DNA from: Sphagnum compactum
Taxonomy: Eukaryota
DNA length: 64,000 bases
Assembly (NCBI GenBank): GCA_965153455.1
Contig: OZ234493.1
Coordinates: forward strand, 9,476,213 to 9,540,212
Direction of reading: 5' to 3'
Below the pieces are notes generated by a model. The model was not told where the DNA came from. It did not search any database and was given only the letters and a program-made list of their open reading frames with translations. The stretch's first letter is position 1. Each line of letters opens with the position of its first letter. A program made the position numbers and the translations under genes. Below are positions 26,591 to 40,802 of this stretch, in pieces.

Positions 26591-26966
26591 CAGTGAACCA
26601 GCACCCACCTGTGCACCATGAAGGATGGATGATAAATGGTCTGGAAACAGTTCTCTGTTGTGTTCCAGTTCCTTAGCTAACTACAGTGGCTAGCTCAATT
26701 GCTTTTTTTTTAACTACCTACCTACTAACAACCCACAATCAGGTTGTTAGTAGGTAGGTAGTAAAAACAACTCTTACATATGCATAAATCATCTACTTAC
26801 CTAGTAGTTGCCTATTTTCCTACCTACCTACCTATGTATGAGACCCATTTCGTACAGAATCGGTTACCAAGGTGAACCCAAATATTAACTCAAGTTGAAC
26901 TTCACCCACAACTGAGTAATAGTGGGCATCCCAGTGGATGGTGCATTGGTGGGTGCTGGTTCACTG
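26591..26966. mobile_element. Non-autonomous TIR element with CAGTG termini (hAT-like), 376 bp
   Basis: CAGTGAACCAGCACCCACCTGTGCACCAT at 26591 versus reverse complement CAGTGAACCAGCACCCACCAATGCACCAT ending at 26966; internal TACC/TAGG repeats; no TSD seen, so superfamily is tentative. Confidence 0.65.
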
Positions 26967-28797
26967 CAGCCCCCTTCACCTAACTATAAACCTCCTGTCT
27001 CTCAACCAAGAAGAAGAAAGTCTCTGCTTTTGCTTGTTGTCTGGGGATCTCCCAAGCTGGTTATCTAGTGAGTTTTTAAAAATAAGCTTCTGGATGTATG
27101 CTGTCTTGGTGTGGACATGATTAGACTATTTTTATAATAACCTCAGGAATTAACAATTCGCAAGTTGTTGGGATCCGAAGTGGATACCAATAACCAGAGG
27201 TTCTAAGATACATAACTGTCATTCCCAAAGAATCAAACAACCGACTCTCATATATAACCACAGTTCTAAGAAATCTGAGCACCAATTTTGATAGATAAAC
27301 ACAGTTCTAAAAATTCTAAGAATTGGACAAACATTCTAACCCTGCCTGTTCTTTTGCCTGTTCTGTTTTAGATAAAAATAGTGGTTATCTAGTGAGTTTT
27401 AAAATACTTTATGGAAACTGCCAGTTCTTTGAGGCTTCTTTGATTCTAAAAGAATTCAAAAGACCAAAGACCAAAGGCTCTTTCATTCTGAAAATTTTCC
27501 AAAAATCCAGAACAGATGTTGTTCTTTGATTTCCAAAAAAATTTAAATCTGGAACCAGAGGTTATTAAAACAAAGTGGGGCACTTAATGTGCAATAACCC
27601 TGTCTGTAAATAGACACTACTCATTGAATTGTTAGTTCAGAACACCAAATTCCAGAAATCCCAATGGCCTGAAGAAACAAATCTTCAGACTTATTCACAA
27701 CTCTATTATGCTGAACATTGAAAATAAATGGCCCATTTCTACCATTTCCATTGATCCTGTCACAAACTTACTAAAACCTATTACACAATTAACCTCAAGA
27801 TAACTAAGAAAACTAATTCAGACCATCAAATCCAGCAATTTCATTGGCCATAACATTTTTTCTTCACACCTACACACAAGCCTATCTAACACCCTCTGTA
27901 TATTAGTACAGTAATAATATAACCATTGTCTGAATACAGACAGGGTTTAAAAAATCAACTACCCACCGAAACACTGGAATTAACCAGGTCTACTGTTGTA
28001 GTAATAGCCTGAAGATAAATACATCTGCAAAATCACCCACATTACCAACAGTGGGCTGAACTCCATTTGACTGGAAGCCTCCAGAGGACATACAACATGA
28101 TCAACAGCTAAAGCACCAGACATCAACATTAGCCATATAATCAACATGACCAAGAAAAACAGCACGAGAAGTTCTCTCTATGTTGTTGCTGCCACTGCTC
28201 ATTTAGTCTAGGTACATAAATCACAGCAAAAACTAATAGAAAGCACTGTTCTGACACTTCACCTTTTATTGGCAGCAATACTCTCTTTGTGGTGGTGATT
28301 CCCAAGAAATACAACAGCATTAGTGTTGAAGCTGTCAACATCTCTTTGGAGTTCTTAGGCCATGACTAAGTTTGAGGTGTTTGACAGCCCTATAAAGCTG
28401 ATCCCACGAAGGACCCTGAAAGTACATGTGGTTTTACATAGGCCAGCCAACAAAGCCTCCCCCCAAGACACAATTGAAATTGCCACCCAGCCTGAATAAT
28501 AAAGTCAGCATTCACATTCATTCAAGTCATGCATATTCATTCAGTGCTTTACAAGATTGCCAGTTTAGAGGGAAGGAGGGATTAACTGTTGGGACTCTGC
28601 GACTATTTCTTGGTCATGAAATGAAGAGATGGTCAAAGATTGCAACAGCCCAATTGTGATATGAACAAGCGCTAATCTATAGGCACAGTATACTCTTTAT
28701 TACAACAATCATAGTTGTATTCTCAACTAAGTCTAGAATGAAGTCAAGAAAAATTACTCTAGGCAACTGGTGTACACAGAAAAGAAGCAATTTTTAA

Positions 28798-31700
28798 CTA
28801 GATCTTGAGAGTATCATGGTAGAAGAACGTGAAGAAATAAAGCTTCATGACCAAACCCAAACCTAGTTGTAGGGCTACAGCACTCATTACAATCACGAAC
28901 CACCTGTCACTTCCAGTCTTGATATGACTCCGGATGTTGAGCCCCAAGAAAGCTGCTGACATGAGTGTTGCGACTCCCACCACCACCCACCTCATTATAT
29001 CCCATGGCACTACAGACAAAAACTGGTAGCAAAAATAGCATATCAACACAATTGAATTTTTGCAGCTTAAGCAGACATTAGTGTACCAGTTAAACATGTG
29101 GCTACAGAAGTCCTGTTTTGAGCACATCAACAAAGACAAGATTATGATGGATGTATATCATATGTAAATGTTGTTGATTGTCAAATAAACACTAGCTCTG
29201 CAAGTGAATTCCGACCTAGCTCAATAGAACAACAATTTGCCATCTCATAAACTAAATCATGAACATCAATTGATGGTCTGACTAGTACTTAGCATGCAGC
29301 AACTCTTTCTCATGGAGACAAGCAATACAACAAGACCATGATTCATGAGGAAGGGAGTTACCGAAGCTGGGATGAAGACAAAGAGAGAGTAGCCATACAA
29401 ACACCAAAGCTGGATGAGTCCAGACACAACACCCAGGTACTTGAGAAGAAAGTAGAGGCCCAAGGGTATCACTCCCACATAGCCATAGAACATGATAGCT
29501 GCATATGTAACCTTGTTGATGTCGTAGTGCCATGCCTCACCACCTCCTGCACTGGTCTTGTGGGCTAAGTATGCTGCAAAGTTCCCCAAAGCTGCTGTGA
29601 CAAACACCAAGGTGGAGCAGATCCAGAATGGCCCATACCTGAAGAGAGATATCAGTGGCTTCACTCCATCTCACTCACTTTATTTCATCACAAAATGCTG
29701 ACTTTTACCATTCTTTGAGTTGACATTCCCCAGACTGAAGGTATGATTCCCAAAACAAAGATGACTACACAGGGATCATGCTACAATGTGTAGAAGACTG
29801 AAGGCTTACATGTCAGGGTTGTGGCTGGTCTTCTCAACAAAATCACTCTTGTAAGGGAAAAGGGAATCCTTTATTCGTTCCAATACATCTACTGTGTCCA
29901 CATTGAAGTATGGCCGATAAGTTATGACATTGAAATAGCTCTGCCATCCTTGAGGAGTATCAGCACCCCCTCCTTGACCTCCTTGTCCTGGCTGTGAGAA
30001 TGTGTCTGCACTCCACATTTGGCAAGTCTAATGATAAAGCAAAAAGAGCAGAAACAAAGATAGGACAGGTCTTAAGGGGACTCAAAGTCTGAAGGTTCAT
30101 GGACAATACAACGATTTATGATAACAGAAAGCCCAGAGGGCATCATGAAAAGTGTGAAAGAAGAAGAGAGATCCAACACCTTCCTTCATTCCCTGATTCT
30201 GGTTCTTGAGGTGGCATACCAAAGATAAGTGGAATCAACAAGACCAAATATCATGCAGATGGGAGCAACTTCAGAAACAGCTTCTTTCCATTCTGATTTC
30301 TTGTAAGGTACTCAACACCCTATACATTGAATCTCAAGAAAATGAACTCATCATTATGCCTCCTCTGGAATCACTGTGATTGCAGAGAGAAAAATCAATG
30401 AGATTGCAGAGAAACTTCACAAAAATTGTGTGAAGGTAACCAAAATCTCAGGTGAAGCCAAACCAAAACAAGCACATAAAGAAAAGTTGAACATAATGAT
30501 TGTCACTCTCTAAGTATCAGACCATCACCTTCATCAATGAATTGCAGCGACTAGCTGCCATTGCTCCCCACTGATTTCATCAGATGCTGACAGTGGGTGT
30601 AGATACGTGATTAAATAACATACTCAAAACCTAGGGCAAACAATCATATAAAATTCTTTGTCCTGATTTTCTGTCCAAATTCTGGAAGCAACAGGACAAT
30701 TCACTAGTGTACTCATCACACTGAAACAAGCTTGTAAGGTTGAGGTTCATTTCAGTTTAGCTTGCCCCTGTGGAAGCAAACATCTGAGTCAAAGGCATAG
30801 AGAGGCTACATAGAACTTGGTGGTTGAGGAGCACCCTGAATATATCTGTTAAGCACATCCAGAATCAAGGCACATTATGTCACTACACCCATACAAGCAC
30901 TTGAACCATCAAATAACCACCTACAGTAGAGGGCTGCATACCATCAGCATCACGTGGAGGCTGGAAAGAGCCAGCAACTTTGCCTCTGTTGTCACTTGGT
31001 GGGAATGTCTGAAGGTTTGAATCTGAAAAACAATAAAAAGAAGGATAAGACATGTAGGATAGTAGATCAAAAATGATAAAAGGACAAAACTGTGAACTCA
31101 TAGAGCATTAACACTTATGGGGCAACTGATCTGGAGTATTTCAAAACATTCAAGAGGAAGGCTACTCAAAAAAGACTAAGCTAGTTTAGTTTTCCATTGT
31201 AACTTTTCACAGCACACCTCAAATGTTGTTTGAAAATGACTTTCTCTGTTCTGCAACTAGAAAGAAATGAATTCCAGCAACCAGACATTTGGCGAGTGAA
31301 ATCTTTTAAGTCACAAAAATAAGATTCATTTAAATGAGAAACTCCACATTCTCCAGGAAGAGAAAAAAGGGTATGGACCACAGTTATGCATTCAATAGAA
31401 ATCAATGAGAAAAGGAAAGAGTAGGGAAATACTCCAGGGATGTGGTAATGGTATCGGCATTTGTAACTATGTGGGAAAAAAATTTCTTCAAGGCAGAATA
31501 ACTCGCATATATGAAGTCCTCTCTCACAAAAGAGTTCAACCAGAACACAACACTTTTTTCACACTCTCCTTCATATTGAGCTCAAGATCATAGAAAGCAT
31601 GCTAGTCATAGTAAGCTTTGACTAGTTCACACCTGTGACATATTGAATTAAAATTGCTGCAAGTCCTCCCACCATTGAATATCTTTGATTTAATGACAAA

Positions 31701-32873
31701 CTAGTCTCACTTCTGTCTGTTGTTGCTTAGGTTTCTTGAACGATCCAGGAAAACCTTTGCAATTGAAAACAGCATAAAGCCACAAAAGTTGCTGAAAAAA
31801 AAGTGTGCAGCAGAATAACAGAAAATTGAGAAATAGGAGGCAGGCAAGTGCTTGTTGGGTTGGTGAATGAACCTTGAAATGGAAGGACATGGTCTGCAAC
31901 TGCAGCAACCTGCATGCAGATGGCAAAAAAAGTCAGTGTGCCGTCCATCTCAACCTAACCCCATTGATTCATCACGTAATCTAGAGGAAGGGGGCTAAGT
32001 TGGACAGGGATCTCCATTTTAAAATACAAGGCTCTCCAGGAAGCAGTGGAAAATAGAAATTCCATAAAATGAACTTAGAAAACGTGTGTAGCCAAAGGAG
32101 GATAGCTTGAGGTGCAAGGAAGACAAACAATTGAAGGCCACATTGACTTATTCCCATTTCAAGATCAAATACTGAAAATTGGGAAATTGTAAACATAGCT
32201 AAAGGACAAGTTTTAGAGGACCAATTGAGCATTCTAACTATTCTTTCTTCTCTGGATCCAGAGATGAATTTCAATCAAAACTCCCGTACAAGAAGATGAT
32301 GAGGAGGACGAGGACGATGACCTATCTCAAGGGTTTGACCTAACAGCAAATCAGACAACTAGGTCACAAATATCTTGGAAAACACTCAACCTACAATGCA
32401 TAAGCTTCGGCATGAAGCCATAACCAGATCGCCGTTGTGCAAAACAGCCGAGACTAGGATACGATTGAAACCAATTGCACAATGACAGCGACAATCTAAA
32501 AACCCATTTCGTCAAATGCACCGATCTAGAACATGACACCGCGTGTGTGCCGCATGAAGCTGAAATCAGAACAAGAAATCACGGGAGCTGAAGAAAGCAG
32601 GACACTAAATTGGCACAATGACACAATGCAAGATTAACAACCACAGCTCCTAACAGACCAAACTGGATCAAGGAAAACAAAAGAATCCGACAATCTAGAC
32701 ATATTATGAGTGAAGCAAAATATGGGGGGGAAAATGATCAACTCAATGCCAATGCACGGCGAAACTGAAGCCGAGACGACGGAAGTGGAATGAGAAATTA
32801 CCGATGCTCGAAAACTTACCGGTACAGATCCGCCAACAGATTCAGATCCGAGGCTGCTGTAGTTCCCCGACAT
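28798..32873 (-). CDS. YIPF1: Yip1-domain Golgi/ER membrane protein (YIPF1/2-like), 6 exons (32873-32820, 31909-31873, 31022-30942, 30006-29810, 29638-29362, 29022-28798)
   Basis: YRPYFNVDTVDVLERIKDSLFP..NPDMYGPFWICSTLVF, WCLYGYSLFVFIPAS and LKLYFF-type C-terminus (VMKLYFF); several TM segments; all junctions GT-AG and in phase. Confidence 0.93.
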
Positions 32874-33035
32874 TTTCCAAAACTCTTATTGAAGAAATGG
32901 AACTTCCAAAAGCAGAAGAAGGAGATCTCGGCGCCGAATCAGGGAAAAAATAAAATGCTCTAGTCGAGGCGAGGCGTGGCGAGGAGACTACGAAACGAGG
33001 ATCAACAACGAAGAGACGCGGTGGTGCTAGAGCGT

Positions 33036-33070
33036 TAGTGAAAGACGCTCTTGCTCCATCGCTAGGGTTT
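33036..33070 (-). promoter_or_regulatory. Telo-box (AAACCCTA) with conserved downstream extension, upstream of the YIPF1-like start
   Basis: Minus strand AAACCCTAGCGATGGAGCAAGAGCGTCTTTCACTA. Confidence 0.55.
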
Positions 33071-34619
33071 GCGTGGAAGTCTCTTCCCGTTCGGCCGTGG
33101 AGCCCATGATTGGCGGTTTCCCACTTGTGATTTCCTGACCATTTTGATTTCTGTTCACACGTTGACACGTTCAATTTCCCCACCTCTTTTGTGTTTGCCA
33201 CTAGTGTCCTTGTCAGCATTTCTTTCCCTGCCCGCGCCTCTTTGGAAGTTTTGCCCAATGGTCAAAACCGGAGATTGAACGTCCCCTGGATTCGATCGGT
33301 ATTAGTTACCCAGTGGACTTAATTAGGCACCTAGCCGATCTACATAGGCCTTGCCACTTGTAGGCAAAGGTTGCTTATTACTAGCTCTGCCCAGAGGGAA
33401 GAGACCCTAGCATTGGTTTGGGATTTGGGCAGAATTTTTTTTGCTCCAACATGACCAAATCTGTGAGATACATGTGGAGTATTATGTTTGCATGCAGTGA
33501 TTTATGGGCATGTTCCATAAAAGTCATGCATTTAGATGACAAGTTTTGGATCTAGTAATGGAAGTTTTTGGTTTCAACTTTGAACTTGCCATCAAGGGCA
33601 GAGTCATTCCATGATGAGTTTGCTCGGTATTCAATAGCACTAGTTTTTACACTCACACCTGGGAATTTGTTGGGGCAAAATTTTGGCTAAAGAACCAAGT
33701 GCTGACAAAGACGGTCATGACCCAGAAAACAACTACATAGGTAAAAGCATCACAGATCAGTCTGAACACAATCACCAGTTGCAGATGGTAACGAGACATC
33801 AAGACAAACTAGAGAAAGAGCACAGTATTCATTCCAGACCAAAAGCATTCAAATTCAATCTGACGCTCCAGCAAGCTGTCTTTCTATATTCATAACCTTC
33901 AAATTTTTATGCTATGGACTAATTTCAAGTTCAAATACCATAGAACAACTACTGGGCAGTGAGTAACAACAATGGTGAAGAGCATGTATACAAAATTCCA
34001 ACCACAATTGTAAAACTTGTTTAGAATAGCACATTCCAATAACGGAGACTTGCTCAAGAACCATCTCGTGAAGCTACTTGGCAGTAACAACAATGATAAA
34101 AGGATCCTGTAAACAAAATTCCACTGGTACTAAAATATGTTCAGAGTAGCACACTCTGATAATATAGAGGACAGAAAAAAGAGACTTGCTCAAGAAATCA
34201 CAAGATTGTGATTGTCTTGAAGGTCAAGTCAATGCTTCCAATGGACATCACTAAGGAACTGCTGCAAGCAAGGAAAATGGTATGCCAATGACCATGCCTG
34301 AACATCCCCACTGCAATTTTACCAATGAAACATGAAATATCTTCCCATTAGTATACTGCATAGATCATCATGGAATAAGTAGTATCTTATGGTGTACAAA
34401 TTCCCATGTGTAATCTTCCAAAGGTCAGCACAATCTTATTTTCAAACCCCTCAACTTTCACTGTTTGCTATGATAAAATGTTTTGCTTGCTATTTTATCC
34501 CGATTTTCCTGATGATATCAATTGCATTCCAAATGTGAAGGGTTCATTGAAGAGTAGTCCACTTGAGAAAATTCTCAATAGAGCTCAAATCAGGTGTAAT
34601 GACTTACAAATAATAGTGG

Positions 34620-35534
34620 TCATGCCCTCATGCTGGCTTGAGCAGTGGCATTATTTGCAAGTGCCTGATTTTGTGCTGGGTAACCAAGTGGTCTTCGGAA
34701 CAACATGATGTGGGGCTCAGGTCGGTGGATGGCATAGTGAACCCAACCCCGTGACTGCTGCACCCCTATTCCTCGCCATTCAACCTATTTGCATTCCCCA
34801 CCCACATCTATTCAGAACATGATCAACTCCAGTTTAATTAAACCCCTTTGGTGACATGTGGAAGCTTGACATCATAACTGGCTTTGTGGCAAAGAAAATG
34901 CCCACACAAAAAGCACAAATTGAACAGGCACTAACATGTCCTCAAGTTTTTTACCTCAGAAAGTAGGCGATTCTTGGGCAGTAATTTTGCTATGTCAGGA
35001 GGTAGAACAACATGCCTGCAACACAGATGTTTAAGTCCACATTAAAAAGCTATGTTGGCACGAGTAGATATGAAGGCACTCCTGCAGAACAGTTCAACCA
35101 GCTTTGCTCAACTTTACCATCTTTTCCAACAACTTTGCATGCACAAATCGGAAAAAGTAAGGGTTAAATGTCTGTATGAGAGACTCAAGCGAAACAACAT
35201 TTTTGCTGGCTGTTACCTTTTCAAGAGAAATAGTTGGGAAAAAGAGAATGTGTAGCCACTCCTTGTTCACGCGGTAATGAAGGCCTCTCATTTTACGACA
35301 GACGATCAAGGCTCAGGATGAGACACTAACATACACTACAAGACTAAGGAATGTTCACAGGCCAAGTGCAGGTTGTAAGCATGCCGTTGCTCCGAAAGCA
35401 AATGATCTTCCAGAGTCATTTCGAAAACCTTTGAAGTGGAAAATAGAACACATCACCTGACTGCGGTACTAATTTCAACAGCGTATACTTGATTGACTAC
35501 CTCATTGTGTCCATTACACACACACACACACACA

Positions 35535-35567
<33 letters not shown>

Positions 35568-35799
35568 GCAGTACAGCAAACCTGGATAGTTTCTACTACT
35601 ACAGAAGTCACGAAACAGAGCACAGCTATAGGTTTTCAGGGGGGAAGGGAAGGACCAAAGAGACACGAAACGAGATTGAAAACCTCCCAGATCCATCTTA
35701 CCTCCGCCGTTTCCATGTGAAAGGCAAGGCAAAAACAAAGACTCACCTATACTCATTAACGTCGTCGAAATACTTCTCGGAGTATTCGATCTGCGGCAT
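34620..35799 (-). CDS. CKS1: Cyclin-dependent kinase regulatory subunit CKS1, 92 aa, 3 exons (35799-35747, 35015-34955, 34784-34620)
   Basis: Manual translation: [92 protein letters not shown]. Exons are too short for the ORF track. Confidence 0.97.
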
Positions 35800-36744
35800 G
35801 CTTTGAAAGCTGGTAGATCCGTGCCTTTGTCGCCTTATCGGACTCCTAAAACCACCTCCTCAACCTCCTCAAAAGACGAAGCTAGCCTTGCAAATGCGAG
35901 AGAGAAGGCAGGCCAGGAGCGGACGTGCACGAGAGCGCAAAGAGCAAAGCGCAAAGTTCAAGAGACAAAGCAGGGAAGAAGAACGGAGGGGAAGGTTACT
36001 AGATATCTACCGACCTGCCTACCTACATATATACCTACCTACCTTCCTACTTTGTAGGCCTTTCTAGGTCTTACCTAGTAGGTACCTACTGTCCAATGTT
36101 TTCAATTTCAAAATAGGGACATGTCCGTTGATGTAATCATGGCGATCTGATTTGGACTCAGCCCTGTGTGAACAGGGTGTCTAGTAGTTGGGCCATTCCT
36201 GCTAGCAATCCAAAGTCAAATTTACTGCCAAAAAGAATTAGGTACTGTTCTGGGTGTGAACGGTGAAGCCGACTTGTACACCTGGACCAGTGGAAAAGCA
36301 AAAAAATTCTGCTCAAGTGTGAACAGGGATAGTTCTTTGGCATCATCTGTGGCGGGCCTTTTTTTTCGCTGGCGGAAACTTCGCCAAAAAGCGAAATAAG
36401 TAACTAAAACTCGAAAATGAGGTGATTTTGAATCGCCAAAAATCGAAAAATTTGCAAGATTTCTACACATTTGTTCAAATAGGTAGCCAAAAACATAAAA
36501 GTATTAAGGATGTTTAATTTTTTTTTCCCTTTCACATTTTTCTAATAACCAAACTCGGCTAAATCGACTTATGGATGATCACCATCCTTGCGCTGTGTTC
36601 ACACGTGAATAAAACATGAGGTAACAGCGATGTCATCCATAGGCTTTGTCCGATTCTCTGCTACCCACCTAGGACAAAAAGTAGCCAACTCTGCAGCACT
36701 TTGGCTGTTGAGGCCATTGCCACACCCACCGCATCCCATCCCCC

Positions 36745-36781
<37 letters not shown>

Positions 36782-37086
36782 CACCTTCTCTTTCCTTTTG
36801 TGGCCTTCCGAAATTCCAGTCCAGGTCCCCTTGGGTCTATGTATTGAGCAACCGGGCCAAGTGAAATTTCCGAAAGGAAGCGAGAGAGAGCGCTACTAGT
36901 AGCGCACGCGAGAAAAGCGGCGCAACCAGAACCGGACCCCACACACTCATACCAAACTAGAACCCGAACACGGACGTAGAACAGAAACTAGGAGAGAAGA
37001 GAAGGCAGCGAGAGAGACAGAGAGAAGCAGACAAGGTCGAGGTGCTTCTTCCACTTTGCGTGCGTAGGGGGAAGTGGAGGGATATT

Positions 37087-39382
37087 ATGTTCATGAACAG
37101 GAGGAGCAAGGAGCAAAGGACTAGTGCCGATGATGGTGTCACTGTGTTTCAAAACGGGAACGGACGGAACATTGAGCGGTCGTCTCTTCTGCCTTCTTCT
37201 TCAGCCACTCCTGCCTCTGCTGCTGGTCGCTTTCGCGGCGCCATGGACAACTCTGCCTACCCTGACGGCGGTGTGTGTGTGTGTGTGTGTTTTTTCTTGC
37301 TCTTTTTTAGGTTTTTGATGATGATGATGATGACGACGCGGAGGTTTTGATTTTTACTTACTGCTGTCTCCTTTCAAGGAGGATCGGGTCTGCAGGAGAT
37401 TGAACCCTGATTAGATTTTGACCTAACTCTTCTCAGCATCAAGGACCAATGCTGTGATATCAATTTTCTTTTTGTAATAATATCTTTCGATCTGAATTGT
37501 AGCAATCCATTATTTTTCATAAAATTGAATGTTGTTTTGCAGATGATTTTGACACAGACAGTGAGGAGGAGTCGGATGTGAGTGGATCTGCAGGAGACGA
37601 CACTTCATGGATTTCCTGGTTCTGTCGCTTGAGAGGCAATGAGTTCTTCTGTGAGGTGGACAATGAGTACATTCATGATGAGTTCAATCTCAGTGGCCTC
37701 AGTAGTCAGGTTCCCTACTATGACTACGCACTTGATCTCATTATGGATGTGGAGTCTCCTAATGGTAAGAAGAACATATCATGGCTTTTTTTCCAGGCAT
37801 GATCAATGAGCAGATGTTACATTGCTGTTTCTTTGGTATTAACACTGAAAATTTGTTCCTTGAGAGCCATGAGCATTAGACAATGATAGGGTTTATGGTC
37901 GAGATATTGACCAACAGAAAACATTGAGGTAAGTTCAAAAGTTGGCAAGAGTGTAGTTTAGGTTTTGCATGTATGTATGAATTATGTGTATAGTGATTAG
38001 CATGGAAGAACAAGAGGGTTTGATGATACCTGCAGTTGTTGTGATGATTTAAGAAGAGTGAGAACTCTCTGAGATCCAATGACAGATTTGACATAAAGAC
38101 AGACATCCTGTTGAGAGCGTATAAAAGTGAAAGAGGATGAAATCATGGCCTCTCTGATTCTTGTATGCTCCCCTTTTCATCTTTAGCCCATCTGGGTTTT
38201 GTGCCTTCTACTAATGCCCGTGTGTATGCAATGGGATGGACTTGACTAGGTTTAATTGCATTCACCCTGGTTGTCTCTAATGTACAGACTTCCTTAAACT
38301 GCAGATGATTTATTTTCAGAGGAGCAAAACGAAATGGTAGAGTCTGCTGCAGAGATGTTGTATGGACTCATACATGTCCGGTATATCCTGACTAGCAAAG
38401 GGATGAATGCTATGGTATGTCTTGTTTCCTTGTTCCCTGCTTTGTGTTAAACTCCTTATGAAGCATTCAGAAGGATAATTCACTGAATGCTCATCCAATA
38501 GAATAGGCTAAAATACTGCATCCAATTTGAGAGTGTTGATTCAGGTGTATGGATTTCCTGTTTTCTTATGGTGGTCTGCAGTTAGAGAAGTCCAAGAATG
38601 TGGACTTTGGCAGGTGTCCCAGAATGTATTGCTCAGGCCAGCCATGTCTGCCCATGGGACAGTCAGATGTCTCAAGGACAAGTACTGTGAAAATCTATTG
38701 TCCCAAGTGCGAAGACATATATTACCCAAGGTCCAAGTATCAAGGCAGTATCCTCTTCCACATGCACCATATGGTGAATGCCTGATATTCTGCTTTGTAA
38801 TGACATGTGGCTGTTTATTGGGGTGCATTGTGGAAAGAATAAATTGAACACAGGTTTTTAGTCAATTTGTATTATATTGATCTGAAGTCAAACCTGTAAC
38901 TCCCAATCCAGTAACTTCTCAAATTCCTGTGGAACTTAAATAATTCTGAACAAGAACCCTCATTTGGCTTTCTTCTGAAGGACACAATCCTGCCATGACA
39001 GTTGGTTGCCCTGAGACCCAAAGAAAGTTTCTGTATCTAGTTGGCAGACAATGTGAATGAAGTTTATAAAGGCTCGGACAACCATGGTGTTTAAACCAGA
39101 CCTGAGGCTGACTTTTGGGCTTTTCATTGTTCAGTGCAAAGGCAACAATTAGAATATCGTCACAGCACTCAGGTGTTTCTGATTTTGTGTAAATGCTAAC
39201 TGCCATGTAGGCTTCTCTTGATGTGCTTTTCTTAACTGCGTTCAGATATTGATGGAGCATACTTTGGGACAACATTTCCTCATATGTTTCTGATGACTTA
39301 TCCTCAAGTAAAACCAGCAAAGCCAACTCAAAGCTATGTACCAAGGATATTTGGGTTCAAACTACACAAGAGTGCAATGTAG
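37087..39382 (+). CDS. CKB: Casein kinase II regulatory beta subunit, 5 exons (37087-37270, 37543-37764, 38305-38414, 38582-38747, 39246-39382)
   Basis: [102 protein letters not shown]; plant-type N-terminal extension. Start could be 37087 or 37093. Confidence 0.96.
38748..39245 (+). other. Probable U12-type GT-AG intron in CK2 beta
   Basis: Donor GTATCCTCT; branch-site-like TTTTCTTAAC 9 nt before the exon; removal restores [12 protein letters not shown]. Confidence 0.85.
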
Positions 39383-40802
39383 GTGACTTCACTGCAAATT
39401 GAAGTAGTAGGTGTAACTATATCTAGTTGGAAAACAATTGTTTGCAGACATGATGCTGGGTGATGGCCACAGTTCTGTTCTCATATGCTGCTGCAGTGAA
39501 ATTTGGAGTTTGCACCTTTGGGCAGGCTGAGTTGGCTTCTTTGGAAATATTGTTTGTTGGTGCAAGTTAGATTTGCAGCCTGTCTCTATATTAACCCATT
39601 TTATTGGAATTGGAATTGGAACTGAATCAGCAACAGATCCCTTGTGAGTAAATTGTGCATTTGTGAGATGCTACATGTCATAGAAACAGATTGTATAGAG
39701 TAAAACAAGTGAGGACTTTTGATGCTGTACATTATGTCCATTGTCCATATTTGTCAAGATAATCATGGTCTCTTTTTTTGTGCTCAACATTTTTAATTAG
39801 TGTGACGGAATTGGATCTTACACACATTTCAACTTTGTTTGAGTGGATAGAGTTGACCCTCTCTATTCATTGCTGTGAATTCTGATGTAGGTGTGATAGT
39901 GTCTTGAAATGATTTTAACTTTTAATGAAGATGGTATATTGTTACACAAATGTTACATATTCAGAGATGATGGGGTTGTTATTGGGTTACCAGTTGACAC
40001 AAGTAGGGAGAGATTGAGAGGACAGTGATTGAATGTTGGGTGAGGGTCTCAATGCGAAGTGCTTAAGTTGGGGTTGCCATTATGGCAGTGTGGTATTATT
40101 CATAAGCAGTTCAGTTCCCATCTATTAGATGTTAGTTAATAGGAGGTATAGGGACATTAATTTCGAATGATCATCACTACACGTACACCAAGAGAGACTT
40201 ACATAACGAAGGCTTGGAATTCAGACCAGTTGCTGGGAAAGACCCTTGACAATAGCGGCTGGACAGGTTCCTTCAGGGGTGAATGAATACATTGAAGTCC
40301 AGGGGACAACCTAAAACAAAATAACAAAATGCTGTCAATCACAGCTTCCATAACTGTGTAAATTACATTTCATTGTTGACATGCTCAATCAGTCCAGGCA
40401 CTCAGATCCTTCACAAAAAAGTTTCTGTTATATACAGTCAGCTCCCCATGTTGAGCATGCCAAACATTCTTTTCAGTTCACAGCTCATGTACCACACACA
40501 CACTCATGGGTTTGAGGAATTTCAAAGCCTGAAAAAAGCTGATTGACCACAGATCCCTTAAGTCCCATGGTGGTTGCACTCAAGCCAAGTCTCCCCAAAG
40601 CACAATAGAAAGTGACATCTAACGTGAAGACTTTTGACAGCCTTTTAACTGTCAATTTCATTCATTGTCACTGCAACATTGTGTGTGTGTTCTTGAACTT
40701 CAGGATTCAGGACACTTCAAAAGCCAATCATCAATATGCCATTGCGCCAAGCAACTCACAGTGCTCTGGGATATTAAACCTTAAACCTCAAGAACTAGCT
40801 CT

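Noticed and set aside
37765..38304. U12-type call for CK2 beta intron 2 (TTCCTTAAAC near the acceptor)
   Set aside because: Donor is GTAAGA, a standard U2 site.
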